53,584 nucleotides of DNA from Patescibacteria group bacterium (GCA_020057505.1 JAGVFQ010000057.1:1-53584); one strand, 5' to 3'; positions 8,866 through 18,334 are shown, counted from the first letter of the stretch. Numbers and translations are program-made. The notes: generated from the sequence alone by a model not told the origin.

Positions 8866-9471
8866 TCAAATCACCAGCAATCCGCCGGCATCGATTTTTT
8901 TAACTTCTTTATAAAGCGAATTCTTCCTAAGCGCCGGCTGGCCAAAACTTTCCACTACATAATAAGCAAAGCCCCGCATTTTCTTAACCAATTCATAATC
9001 AGCATGCCCCGGCAGGCTTACAGCGTTTTTTTCTTCAAAATTTACCGGACTATCGTCGGCCGTGACAAAATAAGTATTGCCAATATTTACAGCTAGATGG
9101 CCGACGCCCGACGGCATATAAACCTTATCACCCTCTTTAACTGGAATGGCCTTAAATTCTTCAACCACGTCTGGAATCATCTCGCCTTTCTCGTCCCGAG
9201 CTAATTTTTGCAGAAGAACGATGCCCTCGCCAAAAACAATCCAATAAGTTTCATCTAATTTGCCAACGTGATAATGGCCATAGGTTTTAATATATTCTCC
9301 GCCGACCATTCCCGGCTCCCAGATCGTAATATTTTTTTGCTTCACCCCGCCGCGAATCATATAATAATGGATCGCTGGTGCTTCACTCTCTAGATCCATT
9401 AGGACTTCTTTCATTTTTTCGTTATCCCTCGCCGCGTAGTGCTTGGGGACAAAAGTAAAATCAATTGGCAT
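8866..9471 (-). CDS. cupin-type glucose-6-phosphate isomerase (archaeal cPGI-like)
   Basis: 201 aa. TYGHYH ... ETYWIVFGEGIVLLQ ... GDKVYMPSGVGHLAVNIG resembles the Pyrococcus/Thermococcus cPGI metal-binding motifs. Confidence 0.7.
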   Translation of the reverse strand: MPIDFTFVPKHYAARDNEKMKEVLMDLESEAPAIHYYMIRGGVKQKNITIWEPGMVGGEYIKTYGHYHVGKLDETYWIVFGEGIVLLQKLARDEKGEMIPDVVEEFKAIPVKEGDKVYMPSGVGHLAVNIGNTYFVTADDSPVNFEEKNAVSLPGHADYELVKKMRGFAYYVVESFGQPALRKNSLYKEVKKIDAGGLLVI

Positions 9472-9588
9472 AAATTCAAATATTAATAGTTTAATCTTAA
9501 TTATATTTTAACCTTTTTAGCCTTTAAAATCAATAACAGAGGGTACTGATCGGTTCTCTCCCCTTAACAAGGGAAGGAGGTCAAAAAT

Positions 9589-9651
9589 GGAATGACAGCG
9601 CCTTGCGCTGTTATAATTTTATGCTATAACGCCGCAAGGCGGCGTCATTCC
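9589..9651. repeat. 27-nt inverted repeat with nested GC hairpins (GGAATGAC...GTCATTCC)
   Basis: GGAATGACAGCGCCTTGCGCTGTTATA / TATAACGCCGCAAGGCGGCGTCATTCC. Each arm also contains its own small hairpin (AGCGC-CTT-GCGCT and GCCGC-AAG-GCGGC). Confidence 0.65.
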
Positions 9652-9697
9652 AAAAACGCGGCCCACCTTTCTCAGACAAAAAATAAAAAAGGACGCA

Positions 9698-9901
9698 CTA
9701 TGCGCCCATATAGCAAAAATTCCAAGCTTCCCAGGCCGACCTCAGGAGCCCGGCAAAAATCTTGATTAAAAGAACGAAAAGAAAATTCCTCTCGCGCGAA
9801 CTCATCGGCCGGCCGATAAACCGCTCCACTGCCTTCTGAATTTTCCGCAGGAGGCCGCGCTGCCAATCAACAAAATTATCGTTCTCTATTTTGGGTCTCA
9901 T
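9698..9901 (-). CDS. small hypothetical protein with hydrophobic C-terminus
   Basis: 67 aa from the second ATG, with GGAGG 6 nt upstream. The stop codon is embedded in a terminator-like hairpin (GGGCGCATAGTGCGTCC followed by a T-run). No family recognised. Confidence 0.35.
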   Translation of the reverse strand: MRPKIENDNFVDWQRGLLRKIQKAVERFIGRPMSSRERNFLFVLLIKIFAGLLRSAWEAWNFCYMGA

Positions 9902-9935
9902 CGCCATCCTCCTTTCTCGGAAATAGTGGAAAAAC

Positions 9936-10394
9936 TTATTTTATATCTTTAATGAGAAAAATTTCGTCGCAAGCGTAAAACTTGCGGCAACGAATGCAGT
10001 CCTCGTAAATTTTCTGCTGGACAGAAGCTCGATCGCCTAAGACAAAACCAATTTTTTGAAAAAACTCTGGCACATAAGTTAAAGTAAAAACTCGGCCCAC
10101 GCCCAAATCTTTTGCTTCCGCCAAACAAAATTCTACTAGTTTCCTACCAATCCCTTGCTTCCGCGCTTCGGGCGCAACTACTAAAGACCTCACCTCAGCC
10201 AAATCATCTAGATAAATAGAAAGAGCCGAACAACCCAAAATTTCGCCTTGGCCATCGAGAGCCACGCAAAAATCCCGCAAGAATCTGGTGAGTTCCCATG
10301 GATTGCGGCTTAGCATCAATCCTTTTTGCGCTTCAATATTTATTAATTGGATAATTTGATCAATGTCTGATTTTTTTGCCTTACGAATTATCAT
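9936..10394 (-). CDS. GNAT-family N-acetyltransferase
   Basis: 152 aa. Acetyl-CoA binding motif VAPEARKQGIGRKLV, with overall GNAT length and layout. Confidence 0.8.
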   Translation of the reverse strand: MIIRKAKKSDIDQIIQLINIEAQKGLMLSRNPWELTRFLRDFCVALDGQGEILGCSALSIYLDDLAEVRSLVVAPEARKQGIGRKLVEFCLAEAKDLGVGRVFTLTYVPEFFQKIGFVLGDRASVQQKIYEDCIRCRKFYACDEIFLIKDIK

Positions 10395-10415
10395 GTATCA
10401 AAAAAGAAAGTACGA

Positions 10416-11342
10416 TTATTTTATTTCTAGCTTTAATACTATTTCTGGTATTGATTCGTTTATATAGCCACATCTTTCAACTCCCTCTACTTTTTCATAC
10501 ACCCTTTTTATCGTATAAGTTAAAACAGATAATTTCTGATACTCATTTATATTTAATAAAGTGTAATAAGAATTGTTTTCTTCAAGCAATACTTTTCGAG
10601 AGTTGTTTTCAATATTTTTTAAAATTATAGCTCCTTCATTACTTGAAATCATGCCACAAGCGGGAGGAGACTTTTTACTATTATCTGTATATACTACTTG
10701 ACCATAATTATCAAAAAATAACGCGTCATGGGCTGCAAGTCCAGTTATTTCACCGCCATCTGGATTAATAGTATAAGTCTCATATTGTGGGCCTCCGCCA
10801 CATCCGAATTCATCCAAGCTAGCCCACTCTAAAATAATTTTTTCATCATTTTTAGACCAGGCAATTGGAAAATATTGTATATTACCACAAGCTGCATTGG
10901 CTGATTTAATGAAAAAATTCCAAAAGGACATTTTTTCTGGATAAGAATAAATTTTTGTAATTTTATTGGTAATTAAATCTTTTACAAAAATATTATATTT
11001 TGAAAATTGCCTGCTTTCATTTCTGATAGAATTGTTAATTTCGGAATAAACAATTTTGTCTTTTTTATTAGACAATATTGATGATATAATATAAAAACCT
11101 TCGTCGGGAATCAATGTTACAGTATTATCCTTTTTCTGTAATTCTTTTGGCAAAAAATCAAGATACTTATTGTTTTCTTGAAGCTGGGAAATAGTATTTT
11201 GAAATCCAGTAATCTCATTTTTAAATTTAGATTCAACAGTTTTTAATTTGGAATTCTGCCACAGAAATACTACGCCGCCGACTACAATGGCCACGATAAT
11301 TACAATAAATAAAACTAACCACACTAAATTTGTTTTTTTCAT
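10416..11342 (-). CDS. membrane-anchored hypothetical protein
   Basis: 308 aa. Has an N-terminal TM helix (LVWLVLFIVIIVAIVVGGVVFLW). No motif recognised. Confidence 0.5.
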   Translation of the reverse strand: MKKTNLVWLVLFIVIIVAIVVGGVVFLWQNSKLKTVESKFKNEITGFQNTISQLQENNKYLDFLPKELQKKDNTVTLIPDEGFYIISSILSNKKDKIVYSEINNSIRNESRQFSKYNIFVKDLITNKITKIYSYPEKMSFWNFFIKSANAACGNIQYFPIAWSKNDEKIILEWASLDEFGCGGGPQYETYTINPDGGEITGLAAHDALFFDNYGQVVYTDNSKKSPPACGMISSNEGAIILKNIENNSRKVLLEENNSYYTLLNINEYQKLSVLTYTIKRVYEKVEGVERCGYINESIPEIVLKLEIK

Positions 11343-11381
11343 AGATACTAAAAATTAAAGTGATTTAAGATTATTAGAAAT

Positions 11382-13019
11382 TTAGTAAATCTCCTCTTTT
11401 TTTTCTCTCAAGAACGAAGTCCACTCTTCGAGAAAATCAATAAACATCTTGAGCGGCGCTTCGAGAATAAAGTCAAAGAAAAAGACAAACACGTTAATCT
11501 TCGAAAATTTATAAGAGAGCCAGCGCCCGACATTAATCACGGGCAGGAAAAAGAAATCAATAATTGAAGCGAGAATGCCTTCCTTCTGCCGGTAGACGAT
11601 AAATTCCCGGGAAGAACGGCGGATTCGCATGCCAAAGAAACTGATAAGGCAGAGGAAAAGGATAAAAATCAGAATACTGATCGCGCTGAATTCCAGCCGC
11701 AAGAGGCCAACGATAATCGCGCCAAAAATAACTATGGTTATCAAGCTGTAAATGGCGGTAAAAAACAATTGCTGCAGAACACTTCTTGAAGACGCGCGAA
11801 TTTTGTATGTCAGCCGCTTGGCGTCAGTATAGACTATTCCTTTGATGCCAACCCAAATTCTGTCGGCGTTCTTCTTCAGCGGCATGCGGACCGATAGGGC
11901 GAGAAAAAACATATAAAGCGGCGGGAAAGCGACATTCACGCCGATCGCCACGGGATTTATCTGGTTTAGAATATAAAAATCCACCGGCACTTCGATGCCG
12001 ACGGCTAAAAATATTTTGGTGATAAAAATATAAATTATGCTCCGGAGGGCCATGCCGCTCATTCTAATCTTCGCCGCTTTGTGGCGGCTCGCGCAAACCT
12101 TTCTCGCTTCTTTTTCGAGCGTCTCCGGTTTAGCTAAAAAACCAAGAGCTGCCTCAGGATTCGCCCAAATAACCTCGGTCAAAACATTATAGATAATCGC
12201 TTCTTTCTGCAGAATTATAAAAATTCTTTCCTGCGCAGGATTTAATAAGTGCCGATTAATTGTTTCGCGCAGGAGCGAAATATTGGCCGCCATCTCGTCT
12301 AAAAGTTTTTGGTCCGCCTTCGACCAATCCGGATAATAAAGCCGTAAAATAAAATAACTGGAAACCATCTTATCGGCTTTGGCGAGGACTCTCTGCGCTG
12401 CGACAAGTATCTGCAGTTCTTTTTCTTTGTCGCTCAAATTCTGCCCTTTGAAAATCAAATCGTCCTTTATGATTGAATACGTGAATTCAATCAATGGTTG
12501 CTCGATATTATCCTGCCTCAGTTTCACCTCAATCTCGCAAGCCATAAGACCGATGAGCCAGCTGTCAAAATTGTCTCCGCCCTTTTTGCTGTCCAATTTT
12601 TCCGCTTGCTGTTTTAAATAGAGATATTTATCAATAACATGCTCGATTTCATCCGCCTTGCTTTCCGGCACTGACTTGTTCGGCAAATAACGGGCATGAA
12701 TCAATTCTTTAATAAGCGACATGCCTATCCCTTGATTCGCGCCTTCAATCAATAATTTGCGCTTCAAAATTCTTTCAATGGCATATTTTCGGAGAAGCCG
12801 CTCTTCCTTATCATCGACAATCGTTCTCAATTTTTCATACAAAAAAGCCAGGGCGCCAGCGGCATCACTTACCTGGATTTTTGGTATTCTCTCATCCTCT
12901 CCAGCGCCGCTCCGGCTCTTAATATCAAACAAAGCCTCGGCTAATTTTCTCACCGGACTATTTATTTCTTTTTTTGGTTCGACTTTTTTACTCTGCCTCC
13001 AAGCTTGAAAATTTTCCAT
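11382..13019 (-). CDS. large multi-pass membrane protein, unknown function
   Basis: 545 aa. About 330 aa of soluble N-terminal region followed by several TM helices. Family not recognised with confidence. Confidence 0.5.
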   Translation of the reverse strand: MENFQAWRQSKKVEPKKEINSPVRKLAEALFDIKSRSGAGEDERIPKIQVSDAAGALAFLYEKLRTIVDDKEERLLRKYAIERILKRKLLIEGANQGIGMSLIKELIHARYLPNKSVPESKADEIEHVIDKYLYLKQQAEKLDSKKGGDNFDSWLIGLMACEIEVKLRQDNIEQPLIEFTYSIIKDDLIFKGQNLSDKEKELQILVAAQRVLAKADKMVSSYFILRLYYPDWSKADQKLLDEMAANISLLRETINRHLLNPAQERIFIILQKEAIIYNVLTEVIWANPEAALGFLAKPETLEKEARKVCASRHKAAKIRMSGMALRSIIYIFITKIFLAVGIEVPVDFYILNQINPVAIGVNVAFPPLYMFFLALSVRMPLKKNADRIWVGIKGIVYTDAKRLTYKIRASSRSVLQQLFFTAIYSLITIVIFGAIIVGLLRLEFSAISILIFILFLCLISFFGMRIRRSSREFIVYRQKEGILASIIDFFFLPVINVGRWLSYKFSKINVFVFFFDFILEAPLKMFIDFLEEWTSFLREKKEEIY

Positions 13020-13169
13020 GTAGATTGATATATTAGTTTATTGGGATATGGGATATCAGGCCGATTGATCGCGCTTTCTGCAGATATAATTTATATATAA
13101 AAAACATTAAAACATACAAACATTCGGACAAACTTCAATCTTAAATCTAAAATCATAAATCTTAAATTC

Positions 13170-14621
13170 CTAACCGCCCTTAACCACCGCCCATGGTTTT
13201 AATTTTACCACTTTTCTCGCCAATCCAATATGGTGCACTACATCTACCACCCTATCAATATCTTTGTAAGCCAGCGGCGCTTCTTCGGCAATGCCGGCCA
13301 TACTATCGCAACGAATGAGAATTCCTTGTTTTTCTAGTTCGGCCTGGATATCACTGCCCCGCACCGCGCGCTTGGCCGCCCCCCGCGACATCGCCCGTCC
13401 GGCGCCGTGGCAGACCGAGCCAAAGGTTTCTTCTTCCGCTTTCTTCGTACCGACCAAAACAAACGAGGCTGTACCCATATTACCCGGGATAATCACCGGC
13501 TGGCCGATCTGGCGATAAGCCAAAGGCAATGCTTTATTACCCGGCCCAAAGGCTCTCGTTGCTCCCTTGCGATGCATGCACACGGTTATTTTTTTATTGT
13601 CAATTTCGTAAACCTCTTTTTTACCGATATTATGAGCTACATCATACAGCAAATTAAGCTTGTGATCAAATTTTTTTCCTAAAACATCAGCCCAAATCTG
13701 GCGAACGAGATACGCCATATATTGCCGATTGCACCAGGCAAAATTAGCGGCCGAGGCCATGGCGGCCCAATAATCCTCGCCTTCTTTTGAATCAAGCGGC
13801 GCGTAAATCAACTCGCGATCCGGCAATTTATAACCCCAGTCAAATAGCTTTTTATTCAAAATCCGCAGATAATCCGTGGCTACTTGATGGCCAAGACCCC
13901 GCGAACCGGTATGAATCATGATTACAACCTGGCCTTTAAATAAACCAAATTCTCGCGCCACTTCTTCGTCAAATACTTCGCCGACTTCTTCCACTTCCAA
14001 AAAATGATTGCCTGAACCAAGCGTGCCCAATTGATCGTGGCCGCGCTTCTTGGCTCGCTCACTCACTTTCTCTGGGAGAGCGCCGTCAAGCCGGCCATTT
14101 TCTTCGCATTTTTCTTTATCGTCTTTTGTCGCGTAACCGCGTTCAATCATCCAATCAACGCCTTTAACCATTAAATCGTCTAATTCTTGGCTCGTGACCG
14201 AAAGCTTGCCCGTGCTCCCCACGCCGCTCGGCACCCGGCGATAAAGCGCGTCAGCGAGCTCCGCCAGATGCGGTTTCAAATCTTTAAAATAAACTTGGGA
14301 AAGCAAAAGCCTGACCCCGCAATTAATATCATAACCAATGCCGCCAGGAGAAATCACACCGCCATCCCATCTAATCGCCGCCACGCCGCCAATGGGAAAA
14401 CCATAACCCTCGTGAATATCAGGCATAGCCAAACTATACTTCAGGATTCCCGGCAAAGTAGCCACATTGACTGCCTGTTCCAAAGACCGATCTTCGAGCA
14501 CTGACTCTAGCATTTTCTTATCAGAATAAATTCTAACCGGCGCGCGCATATCCGCCCGAAAATTTTTTGGAATCTCAAAAAGATAATCGTTGATTTTAGT
14601 TAGATTGTGTTTTTGGACCAT
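13170..14621 (-). CDS. rtcB: RNA-splicing ligase RtcB
   Basis: 483 aa. Diagnostic motifs are DIHEGYGFPIGG, GYDINCGVR, GSGNHFLEV, HTGSRGLGH and the C-terminal HGAGR. Confidence 0.95.
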   Translation of the reverse strand: MVQKHNLTKINDYLFEIPKNFRADMRAPVRIYSDKKMLESVLEDRSLEQAVNVATLPGILKYSLAMPDIHEGYGFPIGGVAAIRWDGGVISPGGIGYDINCGVRLLLSQVYFKDLKPHLAELADALYRRVPSGVGSTGKLSVTSQELDDLMVKGVDWMIERGYATKDDKEKCEENGRLDGALPEKVSERAKKRGHDQLGTLGSGNHFLEVEEVGEVFDEEVAREFGLFKGQVVIMIHTGSRGLGHQVATDYLRILNKKLFDWGYKLPDRELIYAPLDSKEGEDYWAAMASAANFAWCNRQYMAYLVRQIWADVLGKKFDHKLNLLYDVAHNIGKKEVYEIDNKKITVCMHRKGATRAFGPGNKALPLAYRQIGQPVIIPGNMGTASFVLVGTKKAEEETFGSVCHGAGRAMSRGAAKRAVRGSDIQAELEKQGILIRCDSMAGIAEEAPLAYKDIDRVVDVVHHIGLARKVVKLKPWAVVKGG

Positions 14622-14624
14622 ATA

Positions 14625-15056
14625 TTATATATCAAATAATACCTCCGCTACCCATTGCCCTTTTTCTTTTTTAATCACCAAATCATGATAGGTTACCGCC
14701 TTAATTTCCAAAGCAAAACTTTTTACTTTATAACCGCTAACTTCAGCTTCTAAATTTTTATCATCTTGAATTTTAATTTTAAATTCATCAAAAATCGCAT
14801 TATGCAAATCCGCTAAATAATTCAACTGGCTCAAAAAATCCACCAATAGCGCTCCCAAATCCGTCGATTCTATTTTAAATTTTTCTTTAATCCTATTTTT
14901 GCTGTCGTCTGTAGTCTGTAGACTGTCGACCAAATTAAAAAACATCCCCTCTGCCATATTGGCAAAAAGTTCTTCTTTAGTCTTGCCCCGCGCGCGGATC
15001 TTTAAATCAGCCGTGTGTTCAAGAATTTCAAATTTATTTTTTTGTTCTTGTATCAT
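14625..15056 (-). CDS. archease (RtcB activator)
   Basis: 143 aa. EHTADLKIRARG near the N-terminus and KAVTYHDL near the C-terminus. Lies immediately downstream of rtcB. Confidence 0.85.
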   Translation of the reverse strand: MIQEQKNKFEILEHTADLKIRARGKTKEELFANMAEGMFFNLVDSLQTTDDSKNRIKEKFKIESTDLGALLVDFLSQLNYLADLHNAIFDEFKIKIQDDKNLEAEVSGYKVKSFALEIKAVTYHDLVIKKEKGQWVAEVLFDI

Positions 15057-15135
15057 ATCATTTAAGCTCTAAACATATAGACTTGTCACAATTTCAAACT
15101 TTAATCTTTCAACTTTAATCTGAAATCCCAATACC

Positions 15136-15981
15136 CTAAATCACCAATGACACTAAAAATCCCACTATCGCTCCCGCCGCGATCGGCGGCAGGGCCGGCA
15201 TCGGCTTTCTCTCTTTTTGCGAAACGAAAAATAAATGGACCGCGGCCACTCCAATGGCCGATCCGATAATTATGCCGATTGAACTTTTAAATCCCAGAGG
15301 AAGAGCCGATACGGCAAACATCAGAGGGAAAGCCATATCTCCTGTTCCTAAAAACATAAATCCTTTTTCCGGCCGGACATCGGCCATGTTTGTTTTCATC
15401 TGAGCCATTTTTTCCGGAATTACCGTTGAAAAATAAACTCCTTCCGCCGAGAGATTGCGAAACATTGAAACCATGTGTTTGGTTTTGTACACGGCGATAA
15501 AATCATAAATTGAAATAATAATCAAAATCGCAATCATCGCCCGCGACGTAAAGCCAAAACCGAGCCAGATGGATATCCCCGCTATGCCAATAATAATCGC
15601 CAAATCATGCAACCAGACTTTGGAAAAAAGAAAATATAACGAGATAAAAAACAAAGCCAAGATCAGAGCCCATGGTTCCGAGACTAGGCTCTGAAAAATA
15701 AAATCAATGCCGATAAATAAAGAGAAGGCAAAAATAATTTTAAAAAGACCAGCGCTCCTTTTAAAATATCTTAAAAGAATAACCAACATAACAGTGGCTA
15801 TCAAAAAGGCGAAGACAAAATTGAGAATCAATGAAGACTCACTCGAATATTTTGTGGCAGCCGGGACATAAACCACGATTCCTTTTTTGATCAATTCCAA
15901 AGCTGCAAAGAGACCGAAGATCTGCACGAGCAAAAACATCAGCAATTCCTTGAAAAATAAATTTAACTTAAGATTGCGCAT
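15136..15981 (-). CDS. presenilin/signal-peptide-peptidase-like (A22 family) intramembrane aspartyl protease
   Basis: 281 aa and polytopic. The three signature motifs appear in order: SIYDFIAVY (YD), LGTGDMAFP (GxGD) and PALPPIA (PAL). Confidence 0.7.
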   Translation of the reverse strand: MRNLKLNLFFKELLMFLLVQIFGLFAALELIKKGIVVYVPAATKYSSESSLILNFVFAFLIATVMLVILLRYFKRSAGLFKIIFAFSLFIGIDFIFQSLVSEPWALILALFFISLYFLFSKVWLHDLAIIIGIAGISIWLGFGFTSRAMIAILIIISIYDFIAVYKTKHMVSMFRNLSAEGVYFSTVIPEKMAQMKTNMADVRPEKGFMFLGTGDMAFPLMFAVSALPLGFKSSIGIIIGSAIGVAAVHLFFVSQKERKPMPALPPIAAGAIVGFLVSLVI

Positions 15982-16110
15982 GAATAAATTATACCATTTT
16001 TGCTCTTTTTATGATAGAATTGAGGTATTAAAACATATAGCCCACAACAATCTAAATAAATCAATAAGTGCTTCATACTGTGTGTTTTAAATTAATAATC
16101 TCTAATCTTC

Positions 16111-16170
16111 ATGAATCTATGCGAATCTATATTCGCGATAATTCGTGATAAAATTAGTACTAATTCGCGA
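16111..16170. repeat. cluster of GCGAAT/ATTCG(C/T) hexamers upstream of the HD gene
   Basis: GCGAATctatATTCGCgataATTCGTgata...ATTCGCg. Same hexamer family as 16841-16932 and 51111-51140. Confidence 0.6.
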
Positions 16171-16174
16171 TTCT

Positions 16175-16840
16175 ATGATAACTCTCGACCAAATCAAAAA
16201 ACATCCGCAGATTCAAGCTTTCATCCGCGCGACTGATAATTTCATCCAGCAATGGGGTTTTACCGAACATGGTTTCCGCCATGTTAATCTCGTAGCCGAT
16301 ATTTCGAGAAACGTCGCGAGAGAAGTCGGTTTTTCCAAAGAAGACCAAGAACTATGCTCCATCGCCGCTTACCTTCACGATACGGGAAATTTTATCGGCC
16401 GAACCTGGCATCATTATTGGAGCTCGCTCTTAGCCTATCCGATTCTCCGCGAACTAAAGATGGATCCCAACGATATTACGGTGATATTAAACGCGATAAC
16501 AGCGCATGACAAGCATGACATAAAAATTGTTACCAAAATTGCCGCTGTGGTAATACTCGCCGATAAATCAGACGTACATCGCTCGCGCGTCCCCAAGGCT
16601 GATATTGCCCATTTGGATCAAGATATCCATAGCCGGGTCAATTACGCCGTGACTAAATCATTTCTCGAAGTTGATAATAAGCAAAAAAGAATTATTTTGA
16701 AAATCACCATCGATACAAAAATTGTCCCGCTGATGGAATATTTTGAAATTTTCACCGAGCGTATGGAATTCTGCCGCACAGCCGCGGAGTATCTGGAATA
16801 TAAATTTGGATTAGTGATTAACCAAACAGAACTACTTTAA
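16175..16840 (+). CDS. HD-domain phosphohydrolase
   Basis: HGFRHVNLVA ... AAYLHDTGN (H...HD). Start set at the ATG at 16175 rather than the GTG at 16145. Confidence 0.7.
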   Translation: MITLDQIKKHPQIQAFIRATDNFIQQWGFTEHGFRHVNLVADISRNVAREVGFSKEDQELCSIAAYLHDTGNFIGRTWHHYWSSLLAYPILRELKMDPNDITVILNAITAHDKHDIKIVTKIAAVVILADKSDVHRSRVPKADIAHLDQDIHSRVNYAVTKSFLEVDNKQKRIILKITIDTKIVPLMEYFEIFTERMEFCRTAAEYLEYKFGLVINQTELL

Positions 16841-16932
16841 ATACACGAATTTCCACGAATTATTTACGAATATACACGAATGCACAAATTCGCATATTCG
16901 TGCATATTCGTTTTCTATTCGTGCGTGATTCA
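16841..16932. repeat. array of four ACGAAT followed by four ATTCG(T/C), forming a long imperfect palindrome
   Basis: ACGAATttccACGAATtatttACGAATatacACGAATgcacaaATTCGCatATTCGTgcatATTCGTtttctATTCGT. Confidence 0.7.
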
Positions 16933-16942
16933 TTTAAGATTT

Positions 16943-17590
16943 ATGATCTTTCATGACCGCGCCGATGCCGGCCAAAAACTGGCTCTAGCGCTACAGAAAT
17001 TCAAAAATGCCAAAAACACAATTATTCTCGCCTTACCGCGTGGCGGAGTGGTTGTTGGCTTTGAAACTGCCGAGGAATTAAATCTGCCGCTCGATATTAT
17101 CGTACCAAGAAAAATCGGCGCGCCGGACAACGAGGAATTCGCCATTGGCGCCATTACCGAATCCGGCGAAGGTATTTTCGATCAAGAAATAATTTCTACT
17201 TATGACATCAGCCAGGACTATATTGATAAAACGGTAGCCAAAGAAAAAAAAGAAGCCGAACGCCGGCTTAAAACCTATCGCGGCGACCGACCGTCTTTGG
17301 AGCTAAAAGATAAAACCGTGATTATCGTCGATGATGGCATTGCCACTGGCTCAACTATGAGAGCAGCCATTAAATCAGTCAAAACCAAACAGGCCAAAAA
17401 AGTCATTGTCGCCGTGCCAACTTCCGCCGCTGATTCAGCCGCAGAAATAAAAAAAGAAGTAGATGAATTTATTTGCCTTGATATTCCTGAATATTTTGGC
17501 GCTGTCGGCGCTTTCTATGAGGTTTTTATCCAAACAGAAGATAATGAGGTAATCGAACTTTTGCAAAAGAGCGAAGGATTTGGAAAATAA
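16943..17590 (+). CDS. phosphoribosyltransferase-family protein
   Basis: PRPP-binding motif VIIVDDGIATGSTM. Start set at the internal ATG at 16943 (MIFHDRADAG), because the upstream part of the ORF runs through the ACGAAT repeat. Confidence 0.8.
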   Translation: MIFHDRADAGQKLALALQKFKNAKNTIILALPRGGVVVGFETAEELNLPLDIIVPRKIGAPDNEEFAIGAITESGEGIFDQEIISTYDISQDYIDKTVAKEKKEAERRLKTYRGDRPSLELKDKTVIIVDDGIATGSTMRAAIKSVKTKQAKKVIVAVPTSAADSAAEIKKEVDEFICLDIPEYFGAVGAFYEVFIQTEDNEVIELLQKSEGFGK

Positions 17591-17657
17591 AATTTAAAGA
17601 ATCAAAAAATAAAATCCTTTTCATCGCCGGTTTAATGTCAAAGCAATATTATAAAAA

Positions 17658-17688
17658 CAAAAAACAACGTCCTAAACGTTGTTTTTTA
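17658..17688. terminator. bidirectional rho-independent terminator between convergent genes
   Basis: AAAAAACAACGT-cctaa-ACGTTGTTTTTT. Confidence 0.75.
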
Positions 17689-17716
17689 AAAACCTTGAAC
17701 TTACAAACTTTAAAAC

Positions 17717-18334
17717 TTATTGGCTAGCTTCCGGAGCTTGCCAATAAACCCTCGTCGCGTCTTCCTGATCGGAAAATTTAATCGTGAGCTTACCGCCCTT
17801 GAAAGCGCTCGCCACCTGCTTGCCAATCCGATGCGCCAATTGATTTTCCGAAGTATAAATAGTTATTTTATTACCATGGTCTTCTATAGCCACAATTTTG
17901 TCTTCAACATCATTCTTCCGGCCTTCTTGATTGATATTTTTTACCAAATTCAAAACTTCTTGTTTAATTTTAGGATTTAAATTTTCCAGAATCACCACGC
18001 CCTCGGAAAAATCTTTATGCTGTTTATCCGCCTCGCAAACAACCCTCTTAGCCTCTTTTAAAGCTTCTTTAAACCATCTTTCAAAATTTCCACCCTTTAA
18101 TTCTTTCCGCTTAGCTAAATGCCCTGCCAGTTCTTCTTTAGCATACCATTTTTTGTCATAGAAAACTGCGCCGCACTTGGTGCAGATTTTAATAAATCCT
18201 CGGCTGGGCGTAGTATCCGCATTCATCCGCCGCGGATCGACGGCACTGATAGCTTTTTCTTGGACAATTCCTTTCTTGCGCTTGCCTAGATTATTCTTCG
18301 GCTGTTTAGATAATTTGGCAGGTAATGATCTCAT
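17717..18334 (-). CDS. zinc-ribbon protein, possibly BCAM0308/NMD3-like family
   Basis: 205 aa. CTKCGAVFYDKKWY motif and C-terminal IYTSENQLAHRIGKQV...RVYWQ. The family assignment is from memory only. Confidence 0.4.
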   Translation of the reverse strand: MRSLPAKLSKQPKNNLGKRKKGIVQEKAISAVDPRRMNADTTPSRGFIKICTKCGAVFYDKKWYAKEELAGHLAKRKELKGGNFERWFKEALKEAKRVVCEADKQHKDFSEGVVILENLNPKIKQEVLNLVKNINQEGRKNDVEDKIVAIEDHGNKITIYTSENQLAHRIGKQVASAFKGGKLTIKFSDQEDATRVYWQAPEASQ

